From positions 32,001-96,000 of the forward strand of contig CAVYHE010000010.1 in assembly GCA_963768305.1 (NCBI GenBank): 64,000 nt of DNA, given 5' to 3'. A model generated the notes under the pieces. It made no database searches, was not told the origin of the DNA, and saw nothing but the letters and a program-made list of their open reading frames with translations. Below are positions 52,567 to 62,106 of the stretch, one piece after another. A program made the position numbers and the translations under genes. This stretch comes from an uncultured bacterium (GTDB lineage: Bacteria; Margulisbacteria; WOR-1; CAVSGV01). Every line of letters begins with the position of its first letter. Position 1 is the first letter of the stretch.

Positions 52567-53135
52567 TATGTTTTATTGTACTTGTTCATTGCCTCTTCCG
52601 GGCCGCTTTTAATGATGACAGGAACGGCTTCTGCTGCGGCCAAAATGGCCTGATCTATTGTATCGGATTCTTTTGCCGGGATTTTTGCCAGGACATAATC
52701 CGAAGCATCTTCTTCAACGTTCCTGGTCGGCGTTCCAATGCCGATCCTGATCCTTTGAAATTCTGTGGTTCCGATCCCGCTTATAATGGACTCGACGCCT
52801 TTATGGCCGCCGGAATTTCCCTTCAACCTTATCCTTATTTGTCCCACTTCAAGGTCGAGATCATCGTATATCACGATCAGGTGCCCTGCGTCTATCTTGT
52901 ACCATTTTGCCAGCTCCTGTACGCTGTCCCCGCTCAGGTTCATGAAGGTTTGCGGCTTTGCAAGAAATATTTTATGCCCGTCCAAAGTCCCCTGGCCGAT
53001 AAGCGCTTGGCTCTGGCTTTTTGAAACAGGGATATTCAGGTCCTTTGAAAGCCGGTCTATTACCCTGAAGCCGATATTATGACGGGACAATTCGTATTGT
53101 TTTCCTGGATTACCGAGGCCCACAACAAGGAACAT
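52566..53135 (-). CDS. pth: Peptidyl-tRNA hydrolase
   Basis: VGLGNPG..Y..SRHNIGF, KPQTFMNLSG, YDDLDL, GGHKG. Confidence 0.97.
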   Translation of the reverse strand: MFLVVGLGNPGKQYELSRHNIGFRVIDRLSKDLNIPVSKSQSQALIGQGTLDGHKIFLAKPQTFMNLSGDSVQELAKWYKIDAGHLIVIYDDLDLEVGQIRIRLKGNSGGHKGVESIISGIGTTEFQRIRIGIGTPTRNVEEDASDYVLAKIPAKESDTIDQAILAAAEAVPVIIKSGPEEAMNKYNKT

Positions 53136-53181
53136 CGATTCACCTCATGGACATTTTAAGGCTTCAAGGTGTAAGTGTCAA

Positions 53182-54708
53182 TTATGTCGTGGAGGCTTTT
53201 TTCATGTAGATATTCGTGTTGAAGGTATAATTAAGCCCAAAGCTGAGGTCGTCCTCTGTTCTTGTGTTTTGATCAACGTCAACGTTAGGCGAAGACAGAT
53301 CGAATATTTTGGCGGTAATATAGCAGCTCATGTCGGGATTCGGCGCGAATTTCAGCGTGGCATCGGAATACGCGGAAACTTCCGTTGTGCTATTTGAATC
53401 ATATTTATCCGGAATGTCTTTCCTGTAGTTGAATGAGCTTGCCAGCGAGAACGGTGTGCCGCTTATCTGGGTCTCGAACAGGTCCATTCTCATTGAGATC
53501 GCGGTCGGATTTACCGTGATGTCCGTGTCCTTGAATAATTGAATATTATTTTCAACCTCGTAGTTAAGATGGATAAGGTCGAAGAGCGAGATATTTATCC
53601 CTGCAATGTTCTTGGTCTCGGAATAGGATTCTGCGGAAGTGGCAAAGCTCTGGAACCAGCTTGGTTGTTCCCTGAAATAGATCGAATTTCTGGTCAAGAG
53701 CCAGAATTGCTGTGTTATATACATCATTTCGCCTTCGGTAATGCCGGCATTTGCATATGCGCGGTCATCATTTCTCCAGCCCGAGTAACCTATGGTTGTC
53801 CCGCTGTCCAGATTGCATGTTATGTCGCCGCTTGTATCCACGTTCGTGGTTTCAGATGTCCCGTTCAACCTGTCGATATAGCTATTGCTTTGAAGGTTGA
53901 GCGAAAAATACTTTGATGGGTTGAATCCGAGGGTCGAATAGGTGCCTTTTATGCCTTTGTAATTAATGTAATCGACAGGAACAGCGTAAGTAGGATCAAT
54001 ATCCCTGTAGACCGTGCCCATGGTAAGCAGTCCGTCATTATACTTGACCGATTCAGTGACAGCTTTGGCGTCATTTGTCGCTGAACCGCTTTCCGCGGCG
54101 AATTGCAGGCTCCCAAGATTTATTTCGCCGCCGACCGATGTGACATCCGCGCCTTGAGGACTTGTCAAATATGTCGCCGAAAGGCCCAATACCGAGTTTG
54201 GTGAGAACACGCCCCTAACCCCGGAGAAATAATCTTTTGGTCTTGTATCTCTAAGGACCGTGGCGCCCCAGTTTCCGTTCCCCCTGGCGCCGCTGACCAC
54301 TGTGACATTTAAATTGCTTGAAGGCTTAAGCGTGAGTGCGGCTCCTTGATATGCGACATTGTTCAATGTCAGATCGGAAAAGTTAATGACATTGTCGCCC
54401 AGGTCCAAGGAATAAGTGTCGGCGGAAAGCTTAAGCCGCGCGTAAGTAAGTTCCGATACATCATTGCTTTCTTCCACCTGCAGCTGAGAAGATAATTTTC
54501 CCTGAGGAAGATCGCCGGAAAGAGAAAGTACATGATACTGGTATTGATATGTCCATTGGTTCGCAGCAAAATCCGAGTTTGATTGTCCGGATCCCGTTCC
54601 GCCGCTGTAGGAAAGGCTTAAAGAAGCAGGCCCGTCCGCGAATGCGGATATTCGCATCAACGGAAACACCAGGACCGCCATTAATATTAATAATATTGTT
54701 TTACGCAT
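53182..54708 (-). CDS. Exported beta-strand-rich protein, probable outer-membrane barrel
   Basis: Signal peptide; Ser/Thr/Tyr/Asn-rich alternating strands; LDLGD....FS.LTL.....QGA segment; LSFGLNYTF near C-terminus. Confidence 0.65.
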   Translation of the reverse strand: MRKTILLILMAVLVFPLMRISAFADGPASLSLSYSGGTGSGQSNSDFAANQWTYQYQYHVLSLSGDLPQGKLSSQLQVEESNDVSELTYARLKLSADTYSLDLGDNVINFSDLTLNNVAYQGAALTLKPSSNLNVTVVSGARGNGNWGATVLRDTRPKDYFSGVRGVFSPNSVLGLSATYLTSPQGADVTSVGGEINLGSLQFAAESGSATNDAKAVTESVKYNDGLLTMGTVYRDIDPTYAVPVDYINYKGIKGTYSTLGFNPSKYFSLNLQSNSYIDRLNGTSETTNVDTSGDITCNLDSGTTIGYSGWRNDDRAYANAGITEGEMMYITQQFWLLTRNSIYFREQPSWFQSFATSAESYSETKNIAGINISLFDLIHLNYEVENNIQLFKDTDITVNPTAISMRMDLFETQISGTPFSLASSFNYRKDIPDKYDSNSTTEVSAYSDATLKFAPNPDMSCYITAKIFDLSSPNVDVDQNTRTEDDLSFGLNYTFNTNIYMKKASTT

Positions 54709-54877
54709 AGTTCCCCTCTATCTATATTATCGTAACAACCTAAGCTTTTCTTGTGCATATTTCCCAAGTATTACAATAAAAATTAGCCTTTTTAAGGGCA
54801 AAAATCAAGCCCCTGTTCCTCCCTATATATATATCGTGAAAAAGAGGACAAAATTTCACCTAAAAGGCAAATTTTTG

Positions 54878-55687
54878 CTATTTTGAGACTTTTTTGAGGG
54901 AGAATTCGGTTTGAGATCTGAGGGTTTTATCGTCGAAATTCAGTTCGATCTGCGCTTTGTAATTTCCTTCCTTGAGAAGCGGTTTGTTGATCATGATGTA
55001 GCTTGTTTTTGAATCTCCTGGGAGGGTGTTAATGTTGGCAGGCTGATCTTCAATGACGGTCTTATCACCGCTCGTTATCTTAACGGTCGGCTTTGCGGAC
55101 AAATATGAGTTCCCGGTATTGTTAAAAGAAAGAGAAAGCTCCAGGGGGGAACCTTCTTCCGAGGTAACGGCAGAAAAAGCTTGTATCTCTCCGGACCTCT
55201 TTATGTCGTTTTCGGTGTCCAGGTAAACTATAGTTCCTATCCTTCCTGCGACCGATATTCCTTCTGTGTTGGTCGCGGTCGATTCAAAAAATATGACCGA
55301 AACATGCCCGCCTGAGGTCTTCCCGGGGGATGATATGGTGTATTTCACTTTCCTGACCTCTTTGGGCGCAAGGTCGAAATTTCCGGGATCAAGCTTTATC
55401 CAGGAAGAGCAGGAATAGACAGATGATCCCGGCTTCATGAAAGACTTGCTTCCGTCTGACGCGTAAACCCAATCTTCTGTATAGGCCTTTATCCCTATAT
55501 TATTACTGCCAAGGTTCTGTACGGCGATCTCGCCGTCCGCGGAAGAACCGGGCTTAAGGATAAGTTTGATATTAGAGGGATCGATGTTGATCGATAAAGC
55601 AAATGCAGGAGTGAGCGTGGCCGTCAGGGCCATAAAGACCGTGAGAGCGAATAGGGCAACAAATTTATTAATTACATAATTGCGCAT
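54878..55687 (-). CDS. Exported two-Ig-domain protein resembling a pilus chaperone or WxL-interacting (DUF916-like) protein
   Basis: Signal peptide; SINIDPSNIKL.LKPG....EI.V.N; SCSSWI.L.P..F.L.P; G.H.SVIFFE; RIG.IVY; F.NTGN.YL. Confidence 0.65.
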   Translation of the reverse strand: MRNYVINKFVALFALTVFMALTATLTPAFALSINIDPSNIKLILKPGSSADGEIAVQNLGSNNIGIKAYTEDWVYASDGSKSFMKPGSSVYSCSSWIKLDPGNFDLAPKEVRKVKYTISSPGKTSGGHVSVIFFESTATNTEGISVAGRIGTIVYLDTENDIKRSGEIQAFSAVTSEEGSPLELSLSFNNTGNSYLSAKPTVKITSGDKTVIEDQPANINTLPGDSKTSYIMINKPLLKEGNYKAQIELNFDDKTLRSQTEFSLKKVSK

Positions 55688-55690
55688 AAT

Positions 55691-56212
55691 TTACTCCGTC
55701 ATGGTGAACATGACAATGGTCGTGTAATTCCCCGGTTTTACTTCTTCGGGCACATGGAGCCTGAATTTGAACTTGTTCGCGATCCTGCTCGCATTTGCGG
55801 ATTCAGTCGCCGTGCTTACATAAGCAGCGCTGTTATCCGCAAGATTTTTTTCCTGAGCTCCGTTCCAGGTACCGGTCCCTTCGCTGGAGCCGTACCAGGT
55901 GAAATTTTCGTTCGGTATCAGATCGCTACCGGACGTGAGCGGCTTTACAGCCGCGACTTTAAGGTACCACGGATTGCCGCTGCTGGACGTGCCGGTCACG
56001 GTAATGCCGTCCGCCCTGGTCATTTCCCCGGTCTGTTTGGCTGCCAAGCGGGCAAAATCAAAAGAATCGGAATTCACGGAAAGGTTAAAAGCCCCCTGAA
56101 CCGTGACTGTGGCGGTGATAATATTGGTAGTCTGCAGTGCATAGATCCCCGGGCACGCAATGCTCAATGAAAAAATACCAATTAGCAGACAGACAGTAGA
56201 TTTCATTTTCAT
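55691..56212 (-). CDS. Exported single-domain pilin/WxL-like subunit
   Basis: Signal peptide; N-terminal strand TNIITATVTV; PWYLKV; C-terminal L.VP....PGNYTT.V.FTMTE. Confidence 0.65.
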   Translation of the reverse strand: MKMKSTVCLLIGIFSLSIACPGIYALQTTNIITATVTVQGAFNLSVNSDSFDFARLAAKQTGEMTRADGITVTGTSSSGNPWYLKVAAVKPLTSGSDLIPNENFTWYGSSEGTGTWNGAQEKNLADNSAAYVSTATESANASRIANKFKFRLHVPEEVKPGNYTTIVMFTMTE

Positions 56213-56216
56213 ATAT

Positions 56217-57233
56217 TTACTCCGTCATCGTAAGTTGGATCGTCGAAATGTATTTGCCGCCCGGTTGTCCCGGCGGGATGGTCAATTTTAGCTTTAAATG
56301 ATTATTGGTGCCATCAGGAAGATTATTGGTTTCCGTCATGCTGCTTGCGTACATCAGGGAGGGCACAAACGTGAAGGCGTTGGTGCCGTTGCCGTACCAG
56401 GTCCCTTTTCCGTCGGACCAGCCGTACCAGATCAGGTTTGAATTAGGGATGACATAAGGACCGGCGCTGAGAGGGGAGGTGTCCGATATTTTAAGGAACC
56501 AGGGATTCCCATCGTTCGTCTTGCTGGTAATGATTATCCCTTCCGGCGGCACGTTGTCTTTTGTTTCTCCGGGTTTCATGGTCGTAAAATCCGCTGTGCC
56601 CCTGTCAGCAGAGAGTGTGAAAACGCTGCCTATCTGGACGGAAATAGGGGTGGAACCGGAGATCAAGCCCACTTGATAATAGATCGTCCCCGTGTATGTT
56701 CCTGGTGCCTGATTATCCGGGACCAGAATAGCGAATAAAAATTGAGACTGACCTATTTTTGTGGCCGCAGATTCCGCCACAGTGCTTGTATAGACCACGG
56801 TCGGCGCCAATGAAAAAGGCTGATATTTTTGAAAACCGCTCGCATATGTTCCGGCTCCTGCCGCACTGGAAGAGGCGCCAGAGTCGTATATGTTCACATA
56901 TGAGAGCATATAACGCATATTTGAGACCGGAATGGTTTTCCCGTTAGATGAACAAAGAAGAGGTGCCGCCAAACTAATAGAAACGCTGTAAACACTTCCA
57001 CCGGGAGTAAAGTTCAATTGGTTGCAGTATGAGCCGCCGTTTTTGTAGGTCCTTGGAGCTTCCTTCCAATTATTAGTCGGGTCCAAAGGGATCGCACCGG
57101 TTATCGATATCAACGAGCCTGTTGTGCTGGTCCCCGGAGGATCTATTGTTAACGACGCGCAATATGTTTGCGAGGCCAGAATTATGGCAAAAGTGAAAGC
57201 TAAGATAATGCCATATAACAACCTGGTGCGCAT
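56217..57233 (-). CDS. Exported two-domain pilin/WxL-like subunit (possible tip adhesin)
   Basis: Domain 1 ends VPDNQAPGTYTGTIYY; domain 2 is a clear paralog of the 173-aa protein (GNPWFLK, IPN.N..WYG..G.GTW, G.Y..TI..TMTE). Confidence 0.65.
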   Translation of the reverse strand: MRTRLLYGIILAFTFAIILASQTYCASLTIDPPGTSTTGSLISITGAIPLDPTNNWKEAPRTYKNGGSYCNQLNFTPGGSVYSVSISLAAPLLCSSNGKTIPVSNMRYMLSYVNIYDSGASSSAAGAGTYASGFQKYQPFSLAPTVVYTSTVAESAATKIGQSQFLFAILVPDNQAPGTYTGTIYYQVGLISGSTPISVQIGSVFTLSADRGTADFTTMKPGETKDNVPPEGIIITSKTNDGNPWFLKISDTSPLSAGPYVIPNSNLIWYGWSDGKGTWYGNGTNAFTFVPSLMYASSMTETNNLPDGTNNHLKLKLTIPPGQPGGKYISTIQLTMTE

Positions 57234-57243
57234 TTATTTGTTT

Positions 57244-57960
57244 TTACTTAACTGCCAGAGAAACGTTGTCTATGTTGAAATTGATATTGCCTGACTTTTT
57301 CGGGCCGATAAAGATCAGCTGCATCTGGATGAGCCCGCCGGAACCGCCGGTCTGCTCAGGATTCCAGATATCATCGCCCACGCCGGGATTGTCGTCGGTG
57401 AAATCGGAGATCGGGATCGACACTCTTTTCCAGCCTCTCCAATCGACGATTATGTTGTAAACGAATTCATCATCGTACATTGGCGCATAGTTCTTTTTCG
57501 GGTCCTGTTCTATCTGCCAATTTCCGTTGTCATCATCGTACAGCTCTACCTTGATCGTTCCCGAGCCGGGGCCGTTGCCGTAAACATCCATTTGATAATA
57601 ATTGTATTTTGAGAGGTCCACGCTTTTCCTTGCGAGATAGCTTCCTATCCCGCCGCAGTACCATTCTTTGCAGGTGCCTTCGAGATTGAGCGAGAATTTC
57701 TTTATCTCGCCCAGGGAGACCGGGTCGCCGTCCTGATAATCCTTGTTATCAACGACCTTTGCGACGATATTATCAAATTTCCACCATTCGGGGTTTGCCG
57801 TGTAATCGCCGTCTTCGAAATCATCTATCATGTAGACACTGGGGAGATTACTGTTACCTGCGCTTGTGCCTGAAGGGGCGGGGCCTCCAAAACCGCATAC
57901 CATCAATCCGAGTAATACGATGCCGACTCCGAGGAATATTGTGTTAACATGCTTTTTCAT
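57244..57960 (-). CDS. Exported carbohydrate-binding (CBM11/CIA30-like) protein
   Basis: Signal peptide; IDDFEDGD, DLSKY, VYGNG, VDWRGWKRVSIP.SDF, IDNV. Confidence 0.7.
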   Translation of the reverse strand: MKKHVNTIFLGVGIVLLGLMVCGFGGPAPSGTSAGNSNLPSVYMIDDFEDGDYTANPEWWKFDNIVAKVVDNKDYQDGDPVSLGEIKKFSLNLEGTCKEWYCGGIGSYLARKSVDLSKYNYYQMDVYGNGPGSGTIKVELYDDDNGNWQIEQDPKKNYAPMYDDEFVYNIIVDWRGWKRVSIPISDFTDDNPGVGDDIWNPEQTGGSGGLIQMQLIFIGPKKSGNINFNIDNVSLAVK

Positions 57961-57999
57961 GATCTCCTCCTTTGATAGGCAAAACGTACAGAAAGCGAA

Positions 58000-58037
58000 A
58001 TATTACCATAAAAACCTGAATTTGTCAAATATGACAA
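58000..58037 (-). promoter_or_regulatory. Sigma70 promoter of CBM/pilin-like operon with palindrome over the -35 box
   Basis: TTGACA-17-TAATAT; TTGTCA-aata-TGACAA at 58022-58037. Confidence 0.6.
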
Positions 58038-58053
58038 GCGAAACAGCATAGGA

Positions 58054-59678
58054 TCATTCTTCGAATTTCAGAACGCCCCACACATCCGGGTCCTTGTAAT
58101 ACATGTAATCGCCGCTCCAAACGAATTGGATCTTTCTTTCCCATGTCTGGTCCGCGTCGTCAACCGCGATGTCAAAAGCCATGGTATCGCCGGTTTTAGG
58201 CGCAATTGTTGCGATCTCGCTCCACGGGACCTTTGCTTCCAGGACATAGCCGGTCGGGCTGAACGATTTTGTGACCATTATCTGGCCGCTGGAATTCCTG
58301 TTCTTTTGCCATATCCATATGGAGGGTTTATTTGCCATCCCGTCGCCGGTTCCGAGCCCTATCTGATAGTTCGGTATGACCATTTCGATCGCGTCGCCGT
58401 TCCAGATATCTCCGTTCGTCTTGCTGTTGACCATCGGGAAGTTATCCGTCACCTTCGCGTATACATATATGAACTGCCTCGTCCCACATCAGGTAAATCT
58501 TCGCGCTCAGGTCCTTGGGCCCGCTCCAGTCCCGACCTTCTTTTAGGAACGCGTCCTGTCCATGATTATCGGCACAGACTTTGAGAACGGCGCAAAATCG
58601 CCGTCGATGACGATCGGGACCGCCGTCTTTTTTGCTATAGCGACGGACTTTTCAGCCGAGACTGTTTCAGTGGAAATTTCATTTAGCCCTGCCGTAGAGG
58701 TAAGGAAATACGGATCCTTCAATATCGCCTTGTACGCATCCTCGGTGTTCAGGCAGGAAGTGGCTCTCCAGTCGCATTCTTTCTTCAGGTCGAAGAGAAC
58801 GATCGCTTTCACCTGCGTCATGCTTATCTTCAGGTCGGCGGGGATATCCTTGATCCATTCCGCCTTGTCGCCGCCTTGTTCGGCCGAGCCGAACTCGGCG
58901 ATCATGACCGGCTTTTTCGGGATGCTTTTTCGGGCTTCCCTTACCTGGTCGCGGAACATTTCCTTGAAAGATCTGCCAGTCGCTCCAGCTCTGGGTCGTC
59001 CCCCAGTTATAGCCGTCTATCCCGATCCAGTCCACGTAGTCGTCGCCGGGATAGGCCTAGTCCCAGTCGTTCCAGCTCTCGTTCGGGGATCGGGTAATTG
59101 TTGAAGCACCAGATCCACTTGATGTTGGTCGCGCCGGCTTTGGTGAAAATATCATGAACGTGGCGGAAAGCTTTGACGTATTTTTGCGGGTCCTTGCCGT
59201 TATTGACTATTCCCCACGGATATTTTTCCATGTTGAACTCGTGGCCCCACCTTATGAAGATCGGTTTTCCCGAAAGCGTCGGCATCCTTCGCCCATTTTT
59301 CATATATTCGTCCCATTCGCCGTTGATGATATTGTCCAGTTTGATCTTTTCCTCATCGCCCCAGATCCACGGCTCCCAGACGATGTGCGGGACGGCGCCG
59401 TAATTGTATACGTTTGTCGCAGTCGTTTGCAGGGAAATCAGAGGACTAGTCCAGGTACCACATGACCATGGCGGGCTTTTTCTTGAACGTCTTTTCAAAG
59501 CTGTTATGAAGGCCATGTTCTGCGGGGCGCCTTCCCTGAAAACCCCCAGATAACAGCCGCTTATCTGAAGATGCGCTCCGCTGGAGGCACGTCCAATCGG
59601 TTGCGAAAGACCCAGAGAACTATCCTCCGGCCAGGAACAATAAAACTAATAAGGAACAAACATAGATCGCTTCATCAT
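58054..59678 (-). CDS. Exported glycoside hydrolase family 26 with C-terminal CBM9/DOMON-like domain (multiple indels)
   Basis: PHIVWEPW, I.NG.WD.Y, IRWGHEFN, WIWC.N, DWIGIDGYNWG, VMIAEFG; then IVIDGD, WNGDAIE, GYVLEAKVPW, FDIAVDDAD. Confidence 0.85.
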
Positions 59679-59690
59679 TTTACCCCTTTC

Positions 59691-61499
59691 TTATCCTTTA
59701 ACCGCTCCGGCCGTCAGCCCTTTAATAATATATTTCTGAAGCATGAAGAACAAGACCATGACCGGGATGGTGGCGACCGTTGCCGCCGCCATCATAAGGT
59801 CGAACCTGTTCTGATAGTTGCCCACGAAAAGCCTTATGCCTACCGGGATGGTCATCGTGTCGGCAGTTGCACAGCACCCAGGCGAACATGAGCTCGTCCC
59901 ATGCGGTCAGGAAAACGTAAACGCCGGTGGCGATTATCCCCGGAATCGCCAGCGGAAGGACGATGTACCAGAAGACCTGCATCTGGGAGCATCCGTCTAT
60001 TCTGCGCCGCTTCCTCCAGCTCTTTCGGGATCGCCGCGAAGAACCCTCTCAGTATCCAGATGCTGAAAGGGATGAAGAACGCCGAATAGATCAGTATGAT
60101 GCCGGGGAACGTCCCTTTAGAGGGAATGCCGGTCAGGTCGTTGAACTTAACGAACATTATATATATCGGTATCAGGTACATGATCGCGGGGATCATCTGG
60201 GTGGCCAGTATCAGGTTGCTGAAAAGGTCGGAGCCCGGGGAACTTGAAGCTTGAAAAAGAATATGCCGCCATCGTGGCGAAGATCATGGCTATCAGCATG
60301 GAAGTGCCGCAGATTATGAGCGAATTCCTCAGATACAGCCCGAAGTCGATGTTATGCCACATGTCGACATAATTTCTCCATCTCACGATGGAATGCCCCG
60401 GGCTAAGCTTTAACCATTTTGTGACACTTGCTTTTGTCGGATCAAAATATGACACTCTTCCGTTAGTTGATCCCAATATCAATGTATCGCCGTCCTTCAA
60501 GATGGATAGGACATCGCCGGGAACGAATTCCTTGTTATTTTGGTCGCTGGAATAGAACAGCTTGTCGAAATTCTTTATTTCACCGGTCGACCTGTTCAGT
60601 ATCGAAAGCCCTTGATTCGTCCCGAACAGTAATTGCTCGCCGTAGATCTTTATCTGGCCCACCTGATCGGAAATAAGGCCGTTATTGGACGAATATCTTC
60701 TCACGACCCTTCCCAAGTACGGGTCAAAGTCCAACGCGCCTACGGACGTGCCAAGAAGAATTCTTCCGTCATGCGGCACTATCCTCCAGACCTTCGCCGT
60801 TATGGATTGCGCCTCAAGAGGGTAAGCGTGGAGTATCTTGCCGGTGCCAAGGTCCAGGGATATGAGTCCCTTATCGCCGCCCACAAAAAGTTTATTGTCG
60901 AATTTTGAAATGGTCAGCACCTGAAAAGGCGTAAGATCGCTTTTAATGTCGATCAATCTCATGAATTTATTCATACTGACGTCAAATTCCAGGACGCCTT
61001 CAAACCCTTTTGATTCAAGGCTCAGCCATATTTTATCGCCTTCTTTAAATATCACGCTGGAAGCGATCTTGTTCACATCAACTCCGGAAAGCGGGTACTT
61101 GTACGAAGCCGATTTTTTAAGGTCTGTTTTCCTTACCCTGGAGAGCCCTTTATTTGAAGTGGCTATCCAGATGTATTTGTCGTCAAAAGCGAAGGAAGTC
61201 GCGGAGGATTTTATGGACCTGCTTTTTATTATGGTCCCGTTCCTGTCCAGAAGCGTTACTTTCCCGTCCGCGCTGCCGAAATAAAATTTATCCTGGTCCT
61301 TATCCATCGTGATAACATCGTTGCTTGCCTTGGAGAGGAAAATCTTTCCCGTCAGGATATCCGTGTTGTCTTTTACTGATGAATAGACCATCCAGAATAT
61401 CGGAAAAAGAGTGATGATCAGGAACACGACCATGAAGACATCGGTGATGCGCTTAATTATCCTTTGTTTCGTGTAATATGACAGCTGGAAATTTATCAT
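59691..61499 (-). CDS. Carbohydrate ABC transporter permease (MalG-type) with large beta-propeller insertion (indels in 3' third)
   Basis: LFPIFWMVYSSVK...insert...NY...YLRNSLII; IWILRGFF..IPKELEEAA; AWDELMFA; GLTAGAVKG*. Confidence 0.85.
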
Positions 61500-61500
61500 T

Positions 61501-61557
61501 AAATCCTAAATTCTAAATCCTGAACGATCGTTAATTATCAAAATCCGGATTTTCAGG
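61501..61557. repeat. Heptamer tandem repeat plus palindromes in intergenic gap
   Basis: AAATCCT-AAATTCT-AAATCCT; AAAATCCGGATTTT; CCTGAA...TTCAGG. Confidence 0.45.
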
Positions 61558-62106
61558 TTAAAGTATCTTGATAGACGCGAAAACCCACAAAATACCGATA
61601 ACAATGATAACAATTAATGCGGCGAGTATCAACCCGAAAGTTTTTTCATCGTCGCGGGAGGGGAGATCAAAGTCTATTTGATGTATGGATGAGTCCAGCA
61701 TGTTCACCAACAATATGCCGTATGGCTTGTAAGCGAATTTATATTCCAGAAGCTGCCTTCTGGTGGACGGCTCATTGGGATCGGAAACCATCTCTCCTGC
61801 TTTTACTTCCGCCACGTATCTCTTGCCGTTCTTCTCCACAATGAAATCAGCTTTTACATAGCCCATATTCGGCTTTCCGTCTATGTAAGTAAGTATGTCA
61901 GCGCGCTTTTGCTTGTCGATTATCCTGAACCCTCTTTCCTTTAGCAAAGCCTCCGCTTCTTCTTCCGAAAAACGGGCTGCTTCCACCCTTCTGGACATTT
62001 TCAGGCTCAGGAGCGCGCGGCTGGCAAAAAGAAATACAAGAAAGCTGATGACCGCTCCGCCGATGGCGGAGAACACTATCATCATAATAATGTAAGTAGA
62101 TGTCAT
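61558..62106 (-). CDS. Membrane protein with PD-(D/E)XK (YraN-like) domain
   Basis: N- and C-terminal TM helices; E.EA..LL...GF.I; ADFIVEK.G..YVAEVK.G; RQLLEY. Confidence 0.7.
   Translation of the reverse strand: MTSTYIIMMIVFSAIGGAVISFLVFLFASRALLSLKMSRRVEAARFSEEEAEALLKERGFRIIDKQKRADILTYIDGKPNMGYVKADFIVEKNGKRYVAEVKAGEMVSDPNEPSTRRQLLEYKFAYKPYGILLVNMLDSSIHQIDFDLPSRDDEKTFGLILAALIVIIVIGILWVFASIKIL

Noticed and set aside
54740..54808. 22-codon TTG-start mini-ORF on the minus strand upstream of the barrel-like gene
   Set aside because: Too short, with no supporting motif; could be chance.
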